A program made the translations under genes and the position numbers. The notes under the pieces were generated by a model. The model saw nothing but the letters and a program-made list of their open reading frames with translations. It made no database searches and was not told the DNA's origin. This document shows, piece by piece, positions 18,363 through 27,108 of a stretch of DNA of 64,000 bases (positions are counted from its first letter, which is position 1; each line of letters begins with the position of its first letter). The stretch covers positions 6,606 through 70,605 of the forward strand of contig JBJTDZ010000120.1 of assembly GCA_046092585.1 (NCBI GenBank). The letters run 5' to 3'. Origin of the DNA: Pirellulales bacterium (GTDB lineage Bacteria > Planctomycetota > Planctomycetia > Pirellulales > UBA1268).

Positions 18363-18994
18363 CACTCGACTTCCTGGACCGCGCGTTCCTCTCGCGGTGG
18401 GATGCCGTGCCGGCAGCCCCCGCGGCCGCCACCGCCATGCCGATGCCGGCATCCGCTGATCCTCGCCTGCCGGCGACGGCATTCGAGGCCGCCTGCCCCG
18501 CCCCGGAGGAGCCGGCCGAGCACGACGACCGCATCGACCGGCTCCTCGACTCCGCCGGCCTGCAGTGGGGCCAGGTGGCGGATGAGATCGAGGCGGCGCG
18601 GCGGCGCGGCCGGCGCGTGATCGCCTTCACGTCGAGCGACCCCGGGGCCGGCTGCACGACGCTTGTCGCCGGACTCGTGCGGCTGCTCCGCGGACGCGGA
18701 CGCGACGTCGTGGGCCGGGCCACTACAACCGATCCGACCGACGGCCCGAGTCACGACAAGCGGATCGTCCTCGTCGACGCCGGCATCTGGTTTCCACCCG
18801 GGCGGATCCACCGGCAGCGGCTGCTCCTGGCGAGCACGGGCTGCGACGCCGCGATCTTCGTTCGCAAGGCGGGCCGCCCTGCCCCGTCGTCCTGGGGCGT
18901 GGCCCTCGAGGCGATCGGCGTGGAGCCGCTCGGCGAGGTGATCTCGTGCGTCCCCGGCGATGCGGCCGTGACAGCCGAAGGAGGACTCCGATGA
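18359..18994 (+). CDS. BY-kinase/ParA-MinD-like P-loop protein with degenerate Walker A
   Basis: RVIAFTSSDPGAGCTTLVAGLVRLL aligns by eye to the xITSSxPGEGKST motif of CpsD/CapB-type tyrosine kinases, but the GK lysine is Cys. KRIVLVDAG and DAAIFVRKAG match the A' and B boxes loosely. ATGA overlaps occur at both ends. Confidence 0.55.
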   Translation: MTLDFLDRAFLSRWDAVPAAPAAATAMPMPASADPRLPATAFEAACPAPEEPAEHDDRIDRLLDSAGLQWGQVADEIEAARRRGRRVIAFTSSDPGAGCTTLVAGLVRLLRGRGRDVVGRATTTDPTDGPSHDKRIVLVDAGIWFPPGRIHRQRLLLASTGCDAAIFVRKAGRPAPSSWGVALEAIGVEPLGEVISCVPGDAAVTAEGGLR

Positions 18995-19647
18995 GCCGTC
19001 ATGCGTGTGCCCGGCTGACCCCATCGCAGGAGGCAGCCCTCGCCACGATCGCCTGCGGCGCGGTGCGGAACGGCTCGATCACGCTGCTCTGTGGTCCGCG
19101 GGGCGTGGGCAAGTCGACCGTGCTCGCCCACCTCGTCGCCTCGCCGCGGCTCGCGCCGCGGTCGATCCGCTGCCTCGACGCGGCCTCGTGGGCGGCCTCG
19201 CTCACCGCCGACCGTGGCGACCTGCCCGACATCGTGGTCGTCGACGACGCCCACCTCGGCGACGGCGATCTGCTCGCCCGCCTCGCAGCGGCCTGCCGGA
19301 ATCGGCCGGCCGGCGCCGCCCTCGTGCTCGCCGGGGAGGGCCGGCTCTTCACGCTCGTATCACGCGATCCGCGGCTCGAGCAGGCGGTGCACCTTCGCGC
19401 CAGCCTGCGGCCATGCGCCCTCGACGAGGCCCGGCCGCTGCTTGCCTCGGCACTCGGTGCCGTGGCCGCGGGGCCTGCGTTCGACGCCGCGCTGCATACG
19501 ATCCACGAGATCGCCGGCGGCATTCCGGCGGCGATGCTGCGGCTCGCCGACCTCGCCGCGGTGGTCGCCGCATCCCGGCCCGACGGATCGCTCACGCCCG
19601 CCGACGTCGAGACGATCCACCACCGCCTCTCGCCACTCGCGGCGTGA
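18991..19647 (+). CDS. ExeA-like AAA ATPase (AAA_22 / PEP-CTERM-locus-type secretion ATPase-like)
   Basis: GAAGGAGGA RBS precedes the ATG at 18991, which is in frame within listed ORF 18946..19647. Intact Walker A (ITLLCGPRGVGKST) and Walker B (DIVVVDDAH). C-terminal helical region ..IHEIAGGIPAAMLRLAD.. as in ExeA/GspA-type proteins. Confidence 0.7.
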   Translation: MSRHACARLTPSQEAALATIACGAVRNGSITLLCGPRGVGKSTVLAHLVASPRLAPRSIRCLDAASWAASLTADRGDLPDIVVVDDAHLGDGDLLARLAAACRNRPAGAALVLAGEGRLFTLVSRDPRLEQAVHLRASLRPCALDEARPLLASALGAVAAGPAFDAALHTIHEIAGGIPAAMLRLADLAAVVAASRPDGSLTPADVETIHHRLSPLAA

Positions 19648-19779
19648 CCGAGCGGTGACCGCGCTGCTCCAAGCCGTAGGCCGTGAGGCCTCGGGCCGGT
19701 CCGGGTGGCGTTGCCATCGGTGTGGTGCTGATTTCACCACCGGCCCCACGCCTTACGGCGTTGGGCTATGACAAAGCCC

Positions 19780-19973
19780 CGCCGCCGCAGGCTGACAGCC
19801 AGCCGCCGCGAGGGGCTGCCCGTGCCCAGTGGCCGGACGTTCGCTGCGCCCATCGTGGGCTTCGCTCACTCGATGCCGGCTGCGCTTCGACATCCTGTCT
19901 CCGCTGGCCGCCAACGCCGGCCACGGGGCACGGGCAGCCCCTCGCGGCGGCTGGCTGTCAGCCTGCGGCGGCG
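19780..19973. repeat. R1 palindromic intergenic element, archetype copy (48-bp perfect inverted arms + 98-bp core)
   Basis: Left arm 19780-19827 (CGCCGCCGCAGGCTGACAGCCAGCCGCCGCGAGGGGCTGCCCGTGCCC) is the exact reverse complement of 19926-19973. The core CCGGACGTTCGCTGCGCCCATCGTGGGCTTCGCTCACTCGATGCCGGCTGCGCTTCGACATCCTG.. recurs at four other loci. Confidence 0.85.
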
Positions 19974-21154
19974 CGGGCGAGCATCGCCGGCACGGAGTCG
20001 GCGTTGGGCGGACCGCAGCGACGCGCCGGGGAGAACGGCGCCGGATCGATCGCGGGCACCCGCCCCTCCACGAGATCGGCGATCATCACGGCCGTGCCGG
20101 TCGACTGGTGGAGGCCCGCGCGAAAATGGCCGGCGGCGACGAAGGCGTTCGCGGCGGCTGGAACCGCGCCGATGAACGGCAGGCCGTCGGGCGTGCCCGG
20201 TCGCAGGCCCGCCCACGCGCGTTCCGGCGCAACGTCGGCCGCACGACCGAGCAGCTCGATCGCCACGTTTCGCAGCCGGGCAATCGCCTCCTCGGTGGGC
20301 ACCGGCTCGAAGCCGATGTCCTCGAGGGTGGAGCCCACGAGCAGGTGCCCGTCGTCACGGGGCACGAGGTAGTCGAGGCCCCGGTTGACGATCCTTCCGA
20401 GCGGCGGCCCCGACGGCCGCAGCAGCACGATCTGCCCGCGGATGGGCCGCGTGTCGAGCGCGAGGCCCAGCCCGTGGGCCAGCGGGCCCGACCAGGCGCC
20501 CGCCGCCACGATGTACGCGTCGGCTCCGACACGTTCCGGCGAGCCGGTCACCACCGCTGCCAGGCACCGCACGCGGCCGCCTTCCACGTCGAGCCCGGTC
20601 ACCTCGGTGCCGCGGTCGATCCGCACGCCCCGCGCCAGGCAGGAGTGTTCGAGGGCCCGGAGGTGACGGGGGGAGCGAAACTGCTGCTCGTCGGCCAGCA
20701 GCAGGCCCCCGAGCACCTCGCCCCGCTCGACCGCGTCGGCGAGCGCCGGCTCGAGAGCACCGAGAGCGCCGGCATCGAGCAGGTCGCAACGGGCATTCCG
20801 CCTGCGCCACTCGCCGGCCTGCTCCGGGAGACGGGCCAGCGCCTCGTCGCTCGTCGCCAGGTGGAGGCCGCCGCAGCGGCGGAGTCCGTTGTCAATGCCC
20901 GTCTCCGCGAGAAGTTCCCGCGACCAGTCGGCATGCAGCCGGTCGCTCCAGGCGGTGAGCGCCTCCCCGGGCGTCATGCCGGGATGCTCTGCCGCCGGCG
21001 GAAAGATGCCGACGGCCGCCCACGAGGCGACCTGGTCACGGGGCTCGCGGGCGAGCACCCGCACCCGATGGCCGCGGCCCGCAAGCTCCCGGGCGATCGA
21101 CAGGCCCACGATGCCGCCACCGACGACGCAGCAGTCAGCCATGGATGTCGTCAC
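19958..21154 (-). CDS. FAD-dependent glycine/D-amino-acid oxidase family protein (ThiO-like)
   Basis: GTG start. N-terminal dinucleotide fold DCCVVGGGIVGLSIARELAGRGHRV. DAO-family length and C-terminal ..GLRPGTPDGLPFIG...AAGHFRAGL. The specific ThiO assignment is tentative. The stop codon lies inside the right arm of the R1 repeat. Confidence 0.72.
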   Translation of the reverse strand: MTTSMADCCVVGGGIVGLSIARELAGRGHRVRVLAREPRDQVASWAAVGIFPPAAEHPGMTPGEALTAWSDRLHADWSRELLAETGIDNGLRRCGGLHLATSDEALARLPEQAGEWRRRNARCDLLDAGALGALEPALADAVERGEVLGGLLLADEQQFRSPRHLRALEHSCLARGVRIDRGTEVTGLDVEGGRVRCLAAVVTGSPERVGADAYIVAAGAWSGPLAHGLGLALDTRPIRGQIVLLRPSGPPLGRIVNRGLDYLVPRDDGHLLVGSTLEDIGFEPVPTEEAIARLRNVAIELLGRAADVAPERAWAGLRPGTPDGLPFIGAVPAAANAFVAAGHFRAGLHQSTGTAVMIADLVEGRVPAIDPAPFSPARRCGPPNADSVPAMLARAAAG

Positions 21155-21177
21155 GGGAGAAGGGCGTCACCGGGGCG

Positions 21178-22185
21178 TCAGGCATTGGTGGCCACGTCGG
21201 GCGAGTCGGCCACGTTCACCCACACGTGCACGTGCGGGGCGCCGCGGAAATGCCAGACGAAGGCCGGGCCTTCCAGCCGCCAGTTGTCCCAGACGCCGTC
21301 GTTGCCGAGGTCTCCATCCTTGAAGAAGGCGAGCCGGCAGCGATCCAGCCCGCCCTGCCGCGACAGGCAGCCGCGAACCTCGTCGCGGTCCACCGTGCGG
21401 TAGGGCTCGAGCAGCACCCCCAGCACCCGCTCCAGGTCGGCCCGCTGGTCCGGTGCGAGATCCGACACCGGGATCCCGGCCGGCTCGGCATGCGGCTTGC
21501 GGAAGGCGATGGCGTTCTCCTTCGGCAGCGAGGCGGCGAGGGCCGCCTCCCGCTGCCGACCGTCGAGCATCGCGAACACGGCGTTGGCCGCGACCGCCTG
21601 CGGCCAGAAGACGTTGCCGGCGTGATCCTTCTCCTCGTTGAAGCCGCCGGCGTCGTGGCCGTAGAAGATCGGGCCGCCGAAGGCCACGTGCTCGGCCGAG
21701 TCGCCGTCGCAGCGGAGCGTCATGTGACGCCCCGTGAGCAGGAACTGAAATTTCCCGCTGCCGGGCTCGCCGATCAGTGCGATCGACTGGTCGTGGCCGA
21801 AGCCGCCGGTGTCGTCCTCCAACTGCCGGTCGAACCGGGCATGCCAGTCGGGCTCGATGAGCTGCTCGAAGATCTCTCGCACCAGCCGCTGCTGATCCTT
21901 CGTGAAGAAGTCACTCGCCACCGCAGGCTCGGTCGCGTTCCAGTTGTTGCCCACCCGCGTGCGCAGGAGGCCGAACTTCGGGTGGACGTAGTCCCAGGGA
22001 ACGCAGACCGCCTGCCGCTGGGCGGGCGTGAGCGAGGCATGCAGCCGACCGGCGAGCGTCTCGGCCGACTCCGCGGCGGCCTCGGCCCCGACGGTGAAGG
22101 GGTTGCGCAGCAGGGCCGCCATCGCCCCCGCCCCTGCGGCCCGGAGGACGCCTCGCCTCGTCACATCGGTCGCATGCAGATCCAT
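21178..22185 (-). CDS. Tat-signal exported protein, DUF3500-like (tentative)
   Basis: ATG at 22185 is in frame within listed ORF 21178..22668. Twin-arginine leader MDLHATDVTRRGVLRAAGAGAMAAL. The C-terminal LEGPAFVWHFRGAPHVHVWVNV resembles the His-rich end of DUF3500 proteins. Confidence 0.6.
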   Translation of the reverse strand: MDLHATDVTRRGVLRAAGAGAMAALLRNPFTVGAEAAAESAETLAGRLHASLTPAQRQAVCVPWDYVHPKFGLLRTRVGNNWNATEPAVASDFFTKDQQRLVREIFEQLIEPDWHARFDRQLEDDTGGFGHDQSIALIGEPGSGKFQFLLTGRHMTLRCDGDSAEHVAFGGPIFYGHDAGGFNEEKDHAGNVFWPQAVAANAVFAMLDGRQREAALAASLPKENAIAFRKPHAEPAGIPVSDLAPDQRADLERVLGVLLEPYRTVDRDEVRGCLSRQGGLDRCRLAFFKDGDLGNDGVWDNWRLEGPAFVWHFRGAPHVHVWVNVADSPDVATNA

Positions 22186-22289
22186 GGAATCGACCCTCGC
22201 GGAAAGACACCGGCCCCGCGGGCCGTTCTGCGACAGCCTACGCCCTTCCCTCGCCGCGTGCCACGCGCGATCGCCGCGGCGCAGCCGGC

Positions 22290-23147
22290 TCACGGCCGGC
22301 GCTGGCAGGCCGGACAGAAAAAGGTGGCCCGTTGGGCCTGCACGATTCGCAGGATCTCGCGTCCGCATGCCTGGCACGGCTCGCCTTCCCTGCCGTAGAC
22401 GCGGTGCCGCGTCTGGAACCGGCCCACGCGGTTGTCGGCGGTGCGGTAGGTTTCGTCGCCGATGGACGAGCCTTCGAGCCGCACCGCCTCCGCGAGCACG
22501 GCGCGGGCGGTGTCCGCGATCCGCTCCCAGGCGGCCCGCGGCAGGCGGCGGCACCGCGACCGCGGGTCGATGCCGCAGCGAAACAGGATCTCCGACGCGT
22601 AGATGTTGCCGATGCCGGCCACGGCCCGCTGGTCGAGGAGCGCCACCTTCACCCCGCGGGCCGAACACCCGAGCCGGGCCGCGAGATCGGCGCCGACGAC
22701 GACCAGGCCGTCGGCCCCGAGCCTGTGCGGCCCGCAGGCCGCCTCGAGTCCACGGTCGTCGAGCAGGCTGATCGTGCCGAGGCCACGGCGATCCCAGAAG
22801 GCGAACATCGCGGGGCCGGGCCGGCCGCCGGCGAGATCGACAACCATCCGCACGTGCTCGCGCGTGGGCGGATCAACCACGAGCATCAGGCCCGTCATCC
22901 GCGGCTCGATGGCAAGCCAGAGCGAACGCTCCCCGGGCGGCGGTGCCAGTTCGATCACGATCCGCTTGCCTCGGCGACCGACGCCGGCGATGACGCGACC
23001 CTTGATCCGGCGGGCGAGCGTGGCCGGACGGGGGCGGATCGTGAGCGGCCGCACGCGGCCGCGGGGAAACGCCACCGCCGTGATCCGGCGACCGACGATG
23101 CCGGCAAGGCCGCGTCGCATCGTCTCGACTTCGGGCAGTTCGGGCAT
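22290..23147 (-). CDS. mutM: formamidopyrimidine-DNA glycosylase
   Basis: Starts [14 protein letters not shown] (catalytic Pro2/Glu3). C-terminal zinc finger [27 protein letters not shown] at 23147 lies inside listed ORF 22290..23243. Confidence 0.9.
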   Translation of the reverse strand: MPELPEVETMRRGLAGIVGRRITAVAFPRGRVRPLTIRPRPATLARRIKGRVIAGVGRRGKRIVIELAPPPGERSLWLAIEPRMTGLMLVVDPPTREHVRMVVDLAGGRPGPAMFAFWDRRGLGTISLLDDRGLEAACGPHRLGADGLVVVGADLAARLGCSARGVKVALLDQRAVAGIGNIYASEILFRCGIDPRSRCRRLPRAAWERIADTARAVLAEAVRLEGSSIGDETYRTADNRVGRFQTRHRVYGREGEPCQACGREILRIVQAQRATFFCPACQRRP

Positions 23148-23241
23148 CGGGCTGCGGCGGCGGATGGTGGCGGGAGGCCGGCAGGCTACAATCGCGTCGT
23201 GGCGCCGGGCAAACCGTCCGCCCACCGAGGAACCGCCCCGC

Positions 23242-24480
23242 ATGTCCGTCTCCGTGAGCCCTGCCGCCCCGCTTTCGAGCGTGCCCGACGCCTACGGTCG
23301 CTTCGGCAAGTTCGGCGGCCGCTACGTGCCCGAGACACTCTCCGCCGCGCTCGACCAGCTGGAGCGGGAGTATGCGGCGGCCGTCGCCGATCCCGCCTTC
23401 GCCGCCGAGCTCGACGGCCTGCTGGCCGCCTTCGTCGGCCGCCCCACGCCCCTGCTCTTCGCCAAGCGGCTCACGCAGCTCGCGGGCGGCGCCCAGATCT
23501 GGTTCAAGCGGGAGGATCTCAGCCACACCGGCGCCCACAAGATCAACAACACGCTCGGCCAGGGCCTGCTGGCCATGCGGATGGGCAAGCGGCGGATCAT
23601 CGCCGAGACCGGAGCCGGTCAGCACGGCGTGGCCACTGCCACGGCCTGTGCGCGGTTCGGCCTCGAATGCGTCGTCTACATGGGGGCGGAGGACGTGCGC
23701 CGCCAGGCGCCCAACGTCCGCAACATGCGGCTGATGGGAGCCGAGGTGCGGCCCGTCGAGACCGGCTCGCGCACGCTCCGCGACGCCATCAACGAGGCGA
23801 TGCGCGACTGGATGGGCTCGGTCGAGACCACGCACTACATCATCGGGTCGGTGGTGGGCCCGCATCCGTTCCCGCGGATCGTCCGCGACTTCCAGTCGGT
23901 CATCGGCCGGGAGACGATCGAGATGTCGCGGAAGCAGTTCGGGCGGCTCCCGGACACCGTCGTGGCCTGCGTGGGGGGCGGCAGCAACGCCGCGGGCATG
24001 TTCTTTCCGTTCGTCGATCATCCCGAGGTCCGCCTCGTGGGCGTCGAGGCCGGCGGCCGCTCGGGCACTCCCGGCGACCACGCCGCGAGCCTCTCCTACG
24101 GAAGCCCCGGCATCCTCCACGGCAGCCTCAGCTACGTGCTTCAGGATGACGACGGCCAGACGGCCGACGTCCACTCGGTGTCGGCCGGCCTCGACTATCC
24201 GGGCGTGGGCCCCGAGCACAGCTTCTGGCACGACATGGGCCGGGTCGACTACACGAGCGTGACCGACATGGAGGCGCTCGACGCCTTCGACACCGTGGCC
24301 CGGCGCGAGGGCATCCTGCCGGCGCTCGAAACCTCACATGCCCTCGCCTGGGCGACGCGGGAGGCGGCGCGGCGGTCGCCCGACGAGATCATCGTGGTCT
24401 GCCTGTCGGGCCGCGGCGACAAGGATGCCGCCGAGATCGCCCGACTCCGCGGTCTCGCGGCCGACGGCGGAAAGGCCTGA
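23242..24480 (+). CDS. trpB: tryptophan synthase beta chain
   Basis: ATG at 23242 is in frame within listed ORF 22603..24480. [15 protein letters not shown], the PLP-lysine motif [13 protein letters not shown], and GGGSNAAG. Confidence 0.95.
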   Translation: MSVSVSPAAPLSSVPDAYGRFGKFGGRYVPETLSAALDQLEREYAAAVADPAFAAELDGLLAAFVGRPTPLLFAKRLTQLAGGAQIWFKREDLSHTGAHKINNTLGQGLLAMRMGKRRIIAETGAGQHGVATATACARFGLECVVYMGAEDVRRQAPNVRNMRLMGAEVRPVETGSRTLRDAINEAMRDWMGSVETTHYIIGSVVGPHPFPRIVRDFQSVIGRETIEMSRKQFGRLPDTVVACVGGGSNAAGMFFPFVDHPEVRLVGVEAGGRSGTPGDHAASLSYGSPGILHGSLSYVLQDDDGQTADVHSVSAGLDYPGVGPEHSFWHDMGRVDYTSVTDMEALDAFDTVARREGILPALETSHALAWATREAARRSPDEIIVVCLSGRGDKDAAEIARLRGLAADGGKA

Positions 24481-24483
24481 CGC

Positions 24484-25341
24484 ATGGCCGGCATGTCGAG
24501 CGCATCAACCAAGGCGTCCCCATCGACCGTCACCACGGGCCTCGCCCGACTCGAGGCGATGTTCGCGGCCAATCGTGCCGCGGGTCGCAAGGCACTGGCT
24601 CCGTTCGTGACGGCGGGCGATCCCGATGCCGACACGACGGTGGCGGTGCTCGGGGCGCTCGACGCGGCCGGCGCGTCGCTCTGCGAACTCGGCGTGCCCT
24701 ACAGCGACCCGATCGCCGACGGCCCCGTGATCCAGGCCTCCTACACGCGGGCGCTCGGCAGCGGGTTCACGCTGGCGGGTGTCTTCGACGTGGCGCGGCG
24801 GGCATCCGCCTCCTGCTCGATGCCGATCCTGGCGATGGCGAGTTACTCCCTGATTTTCCGGCGCGGCATCGACCGGTTCGTCGCCGACGCCCTTGCCGCC
24901 GGCCTGGCGGGATTCGTGGTGCCCGACCTGCCGCTCGAGGAGAGCGACGATCTCGACGGTGCCTGCCGCACGGCCGGTCTCGCGCTCGTGCGGCTCGTCA
25001 CGCCGACCACGCCCCCAGAACGCGCCGAGGCGATCGCGCGAAAGTCGACGGGCTTCCTCTACTGCGTGTCCGTGGCCGGCGTGACGGGTGCCCGTACGGA
25101 ACTGCCGCCCGGCCTCGTCGACCGCGTCGCCTGGCTGCGGTCGAAGACGAACGTGCCGATTCTCGTCGGCTTCGGCATCTCGGGCCCCGATCAGGTGCGG
25201 GCCGTGGCCGCGGTCGCCGACGGGGTGATCGTCGGCTCGGCGCTCGTCCGCCGCGTGGCCGAGGCGGCCGGGCAACCGCGCCCTGCCATGCTCGCCGACG
25301 TGAGCCGCTACGCGGCCGACCTCGCCGCCGCGTGCCGCTGA
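24484..25341 (+). CDS. trpA: tryptophan synthase alpha chain
   Basis: Starts 3 nt after trpB. ALAPFVTAGDPD, ELGVPYSDPIADGPVIQ, LVGFGIS. Confidence 0.93.
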   Translation: MAGMSSASTKASPSTVTTGLARLEAMFAANRAAGRKALAPFVTAGDPDADTTVAVLGALDAAGASLCELGVPYSDPIADGPVIQASYTRALGSGFTLAGVFDVARRASASCSMPILAMASYSLIFRRGIDRFVADALAAGLAGFVVPDLPLEESDDLDGACRTAGLALVRLVTPTTPPERAEAIARKSTGFLYCVSVAGVTGARTELPPGLVDRVAWLRSKTNVPILVGFGISGPDQVRAVAAVADGVIVGSALVRRVAEAAGQPRPAMLADVSRYAADLAAACR

Positions 25342-25385
25342 GCCCGACGGCTCACGGTCTGCAGTGTGATTCCGTCCGGACGCAG

Positions 25386-25522
25386 CTCGGGGCTGCCCAT
25401 GCCCCGGGAGCCGGGCTCGGCGGCCAGCGGAGGCAGGATGCCGGAGCGCAGCCGGCGTGCAGTGAGCGAAGCCCGGGATGGGCGCAGCGAACGTCCGGCG
25501 ACGGGGCATGGGCAGCCCCGAG
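25386..25522. repeat. R1 palindromic intergenic element, complete copy (opposite orientation to 19780 copy)
   Basis: 21-nt perfect terminal inverted repeat: CTCGGGGCTGCCCATGCCCCG (25386-25406) / CGGGGCATGGGCAGCCCCGAG (25502-25522). The core is the reverse complement of the 19828-19925 core with few changes. Confidence 0.85.
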
Positions 25523-25572
25523 CGTGAGGCACCGGAGCCCGCGGCCTTACGGCCGGTCGGCTTTTTCGGGAG

Positions 25573-25691
25573 CAGGATGGCGAAGCGCAGCCGGCGTGCA
25601 GTGAGCGAAGCCCGGGATGGGCGTAGCGAACGTCCGGCGACGGGGCATGGGCGGCCCCGAGCGTGAGGCACCGGAGCCCGCGGCCTTACGC
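25573..25691. repeat. R1 element, 5'-truncated tandem second copy
   Basis: A roughly 119-nt unit starting CAGGATG at 25434 repeats from 25573 (offset 139 nt) with about five substitutions by eye. The second unit lacks a partner left arm. Its tail GCCTTACG contains the stop codon (25686-25688) of the antiporter gene. Confidence 0.8.
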
Positions 25692-27038
25692 CCGCAGGAA
25701 GCCGCGGGAGACGAGCGTCGGCTCGTGCTGGCTGCCCCGCAGCATGCGGGCGGCCAGGGGCGTGGCCATGAGCGTGGTACCGATCGCCATCAGCACCAGC
25801 ATGCAGTAGACAGCCGGCGGGATCACCCCGAGATCCATGCCCACGTTGACCACGATCAGTTCCATCAGGGCCCGCGTGTTCATGAACACGCCCACGCACG
25901 AGGCCTCGCCGGCGGGCATCCCGCCGAGCCGGGCGGCGAGGCCGCAGCCTCCCCACTTGCCGAGCACGGCCACCGCGAAGACCGCCGCGCACCAGCCGGC
26001 CGCCTCGGGCGTGCCCAGCGAGCCGACGTCGGTCCGCAGGCCGGTGAACGTGAAGAAGATCGGGAGAAAGAACACCGTGACGAAGTCGGCGAGGTGCGCG
26101 GCGACGGCCTCCCGCACCCGGGGCACTCCCGAGAGCGACGCGCCGACGAGAAAACCCCCGAAGATGGCGAAGATGCCGATCCGGCTCGTGATCCAGGCGG
26201 CCATGAGCACGACCGCGAGCACCAGCGACAGCGTGCCGAGCGGCAGCCGCGGCGGCCCGTCCGCCTCGTCCCGCACCGATCGCTCGAGCACCGGCAGCAG
26301 CAGCGGCCTCACCACGAACAGGCAGGCCACGGCGAAGGCGAGGGTGGCGGCGACCATCCAGGCGATCCGCCCCACCTCGAAGTTTCCCGCGGCGAGGGCC
26401 GACACCGCGGCCAGGAGGGTCCAGCCGACGGCGTCGTCGCACGCGGCGGCCGCGACCACCGTGGCTCCGAGCGGTGTGTGCTGCATCCCCATCTCGATGA
26501 GAATCCGGCCGAGGATCGGAATCGCGGTGATCGACATGGCAGTGCCGACGAAGAGCGCGAACGATCGCGGGTCGATGGACTCCCCCCCGAGCGCCCCCAG
26601 CCGCGGCGCCATCGCCAGCGCGAGGCCGTAGCCGAGGGCGAAGGGGGCGACGATCCCGGCCAGCGAGATCCCGGCCGCGAGCCGGCCCTGCCGGCGCACG
26701 TGGGAGAAGTCGAACTCGATCCCGATCAGGAACAGGAGCAGCACGAGGCCGATCTGGCTGAAGCTGGCGAGCGCGGCCTCGAGCGTGCCGCCTGCCGCCG
26801 CGGGTCCGCCCCGGAAGATCGCGGCGAAGACGTCGGGAAACCAGGCCCCGAGCACCGACGGCCCCAGCACGAGCCCGGCCACGATCTCGCCCACCACGCT
26901 CGGCTGCCGCAGCCACCTGGCAACGATCGCCCCCGCCCGCGCGGCGAGGATGATCACCACGAGTTGCAGCAGCAGGGGCCGGAGCATCTCCTCACGACCG
27001 GCGGCGAGGAGGATCGGGGGGGCGAAAAGCGGGGGCAT
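25686..27038 (-). CDS. monovalent cation:proton antiporter (CPA2 / Kef-NapA type)
   Basis: Multi-pass membrane protein with N-terminal LLQLVVIILAARAGAIVARWLRQPSVVGEIVAGLVLGPSVLG typical of Na+/H+ exchanger family proteins. The ATG at 27038 (MPPLFAPP..) was chosen from within listed ORF 25686..27185; start uncertain. Confidence 0.8.
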   Translation of the reverse strand: MPPLFAPPILLAAGREEMLRPLLLQLVVIILAARAGAIVARWLRQPSVVGEIVAGLVLGPSVLGAWFPDVFAAIFRGGPAAAGGTLEAALASFSQIGLVLLLFLIGIEFDFSHVRRQGRLAAGISLAGIVAPFALGYGLALAMAPRLGALGGESIDPRSFALFVGTAMSITAIPILGRILIEMGMQHTPLGATVVAAAACDDAVGWTLLAAVSALAAGNFEVGRIAWMVAATLAFAVACLFVVRPLLLPVLERSVRDEADGPPRLPLGTLSLVLAVVLMAAWITSRIGIFAIFGGFLVGASLSGVPRVREAVAAHLADFVTVFFLPIFFTFTGLRTDVGSLGTPEAAGWCAAVFAVAVLGKWGGCGLAARLGGMPAGEASCVGVFMNTRALMELIVVNVGMDLGVIPPAVYCMLVLMAIGTTLMATPLAARMLRGSQHEPTLVSRGFLRA

Positions 27039-27108
27039 GGGCAGCGGATTCCATCTGGCCGGCGCCGGGAACGAACGCCTATAACCGAACGTAGCAACAG
27101 TAGCTGGC

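Noticed and set aside
19768-20175. ORFs running through R1 copies that share peptide strings such as RTFAAPI.GFAH..PAALRHP (also in 24505..26916 - and 48187..49689 +)
   Set aside because: Conservation is at the nucleotide level and appears in both orientations. Indels between copies break the frames. The ORFs overlap real genes or lie between convergent gene ends. These are better explained as a DNA/RNA repeat than as a peptide family.
23187-23192. TACAAT hexamer upstream of trpB as a promoter -10 box
   Set aside because: No acceptable -35 element (ATGGTG at the 17-nt position) or extended -10 TG accompanies it. A single hexamer is too weak to report as a feature.
25434-25691. Tandem repeat considered as a possible CRISPR array
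   Set aside because: There are only two units. Each unit is about 119 nt with a roughly 20-nt spacer (period 139), far from CRISPR repeat/spacer geometry. The units belong to the dispersed R1 family. No cas genes are in the window.
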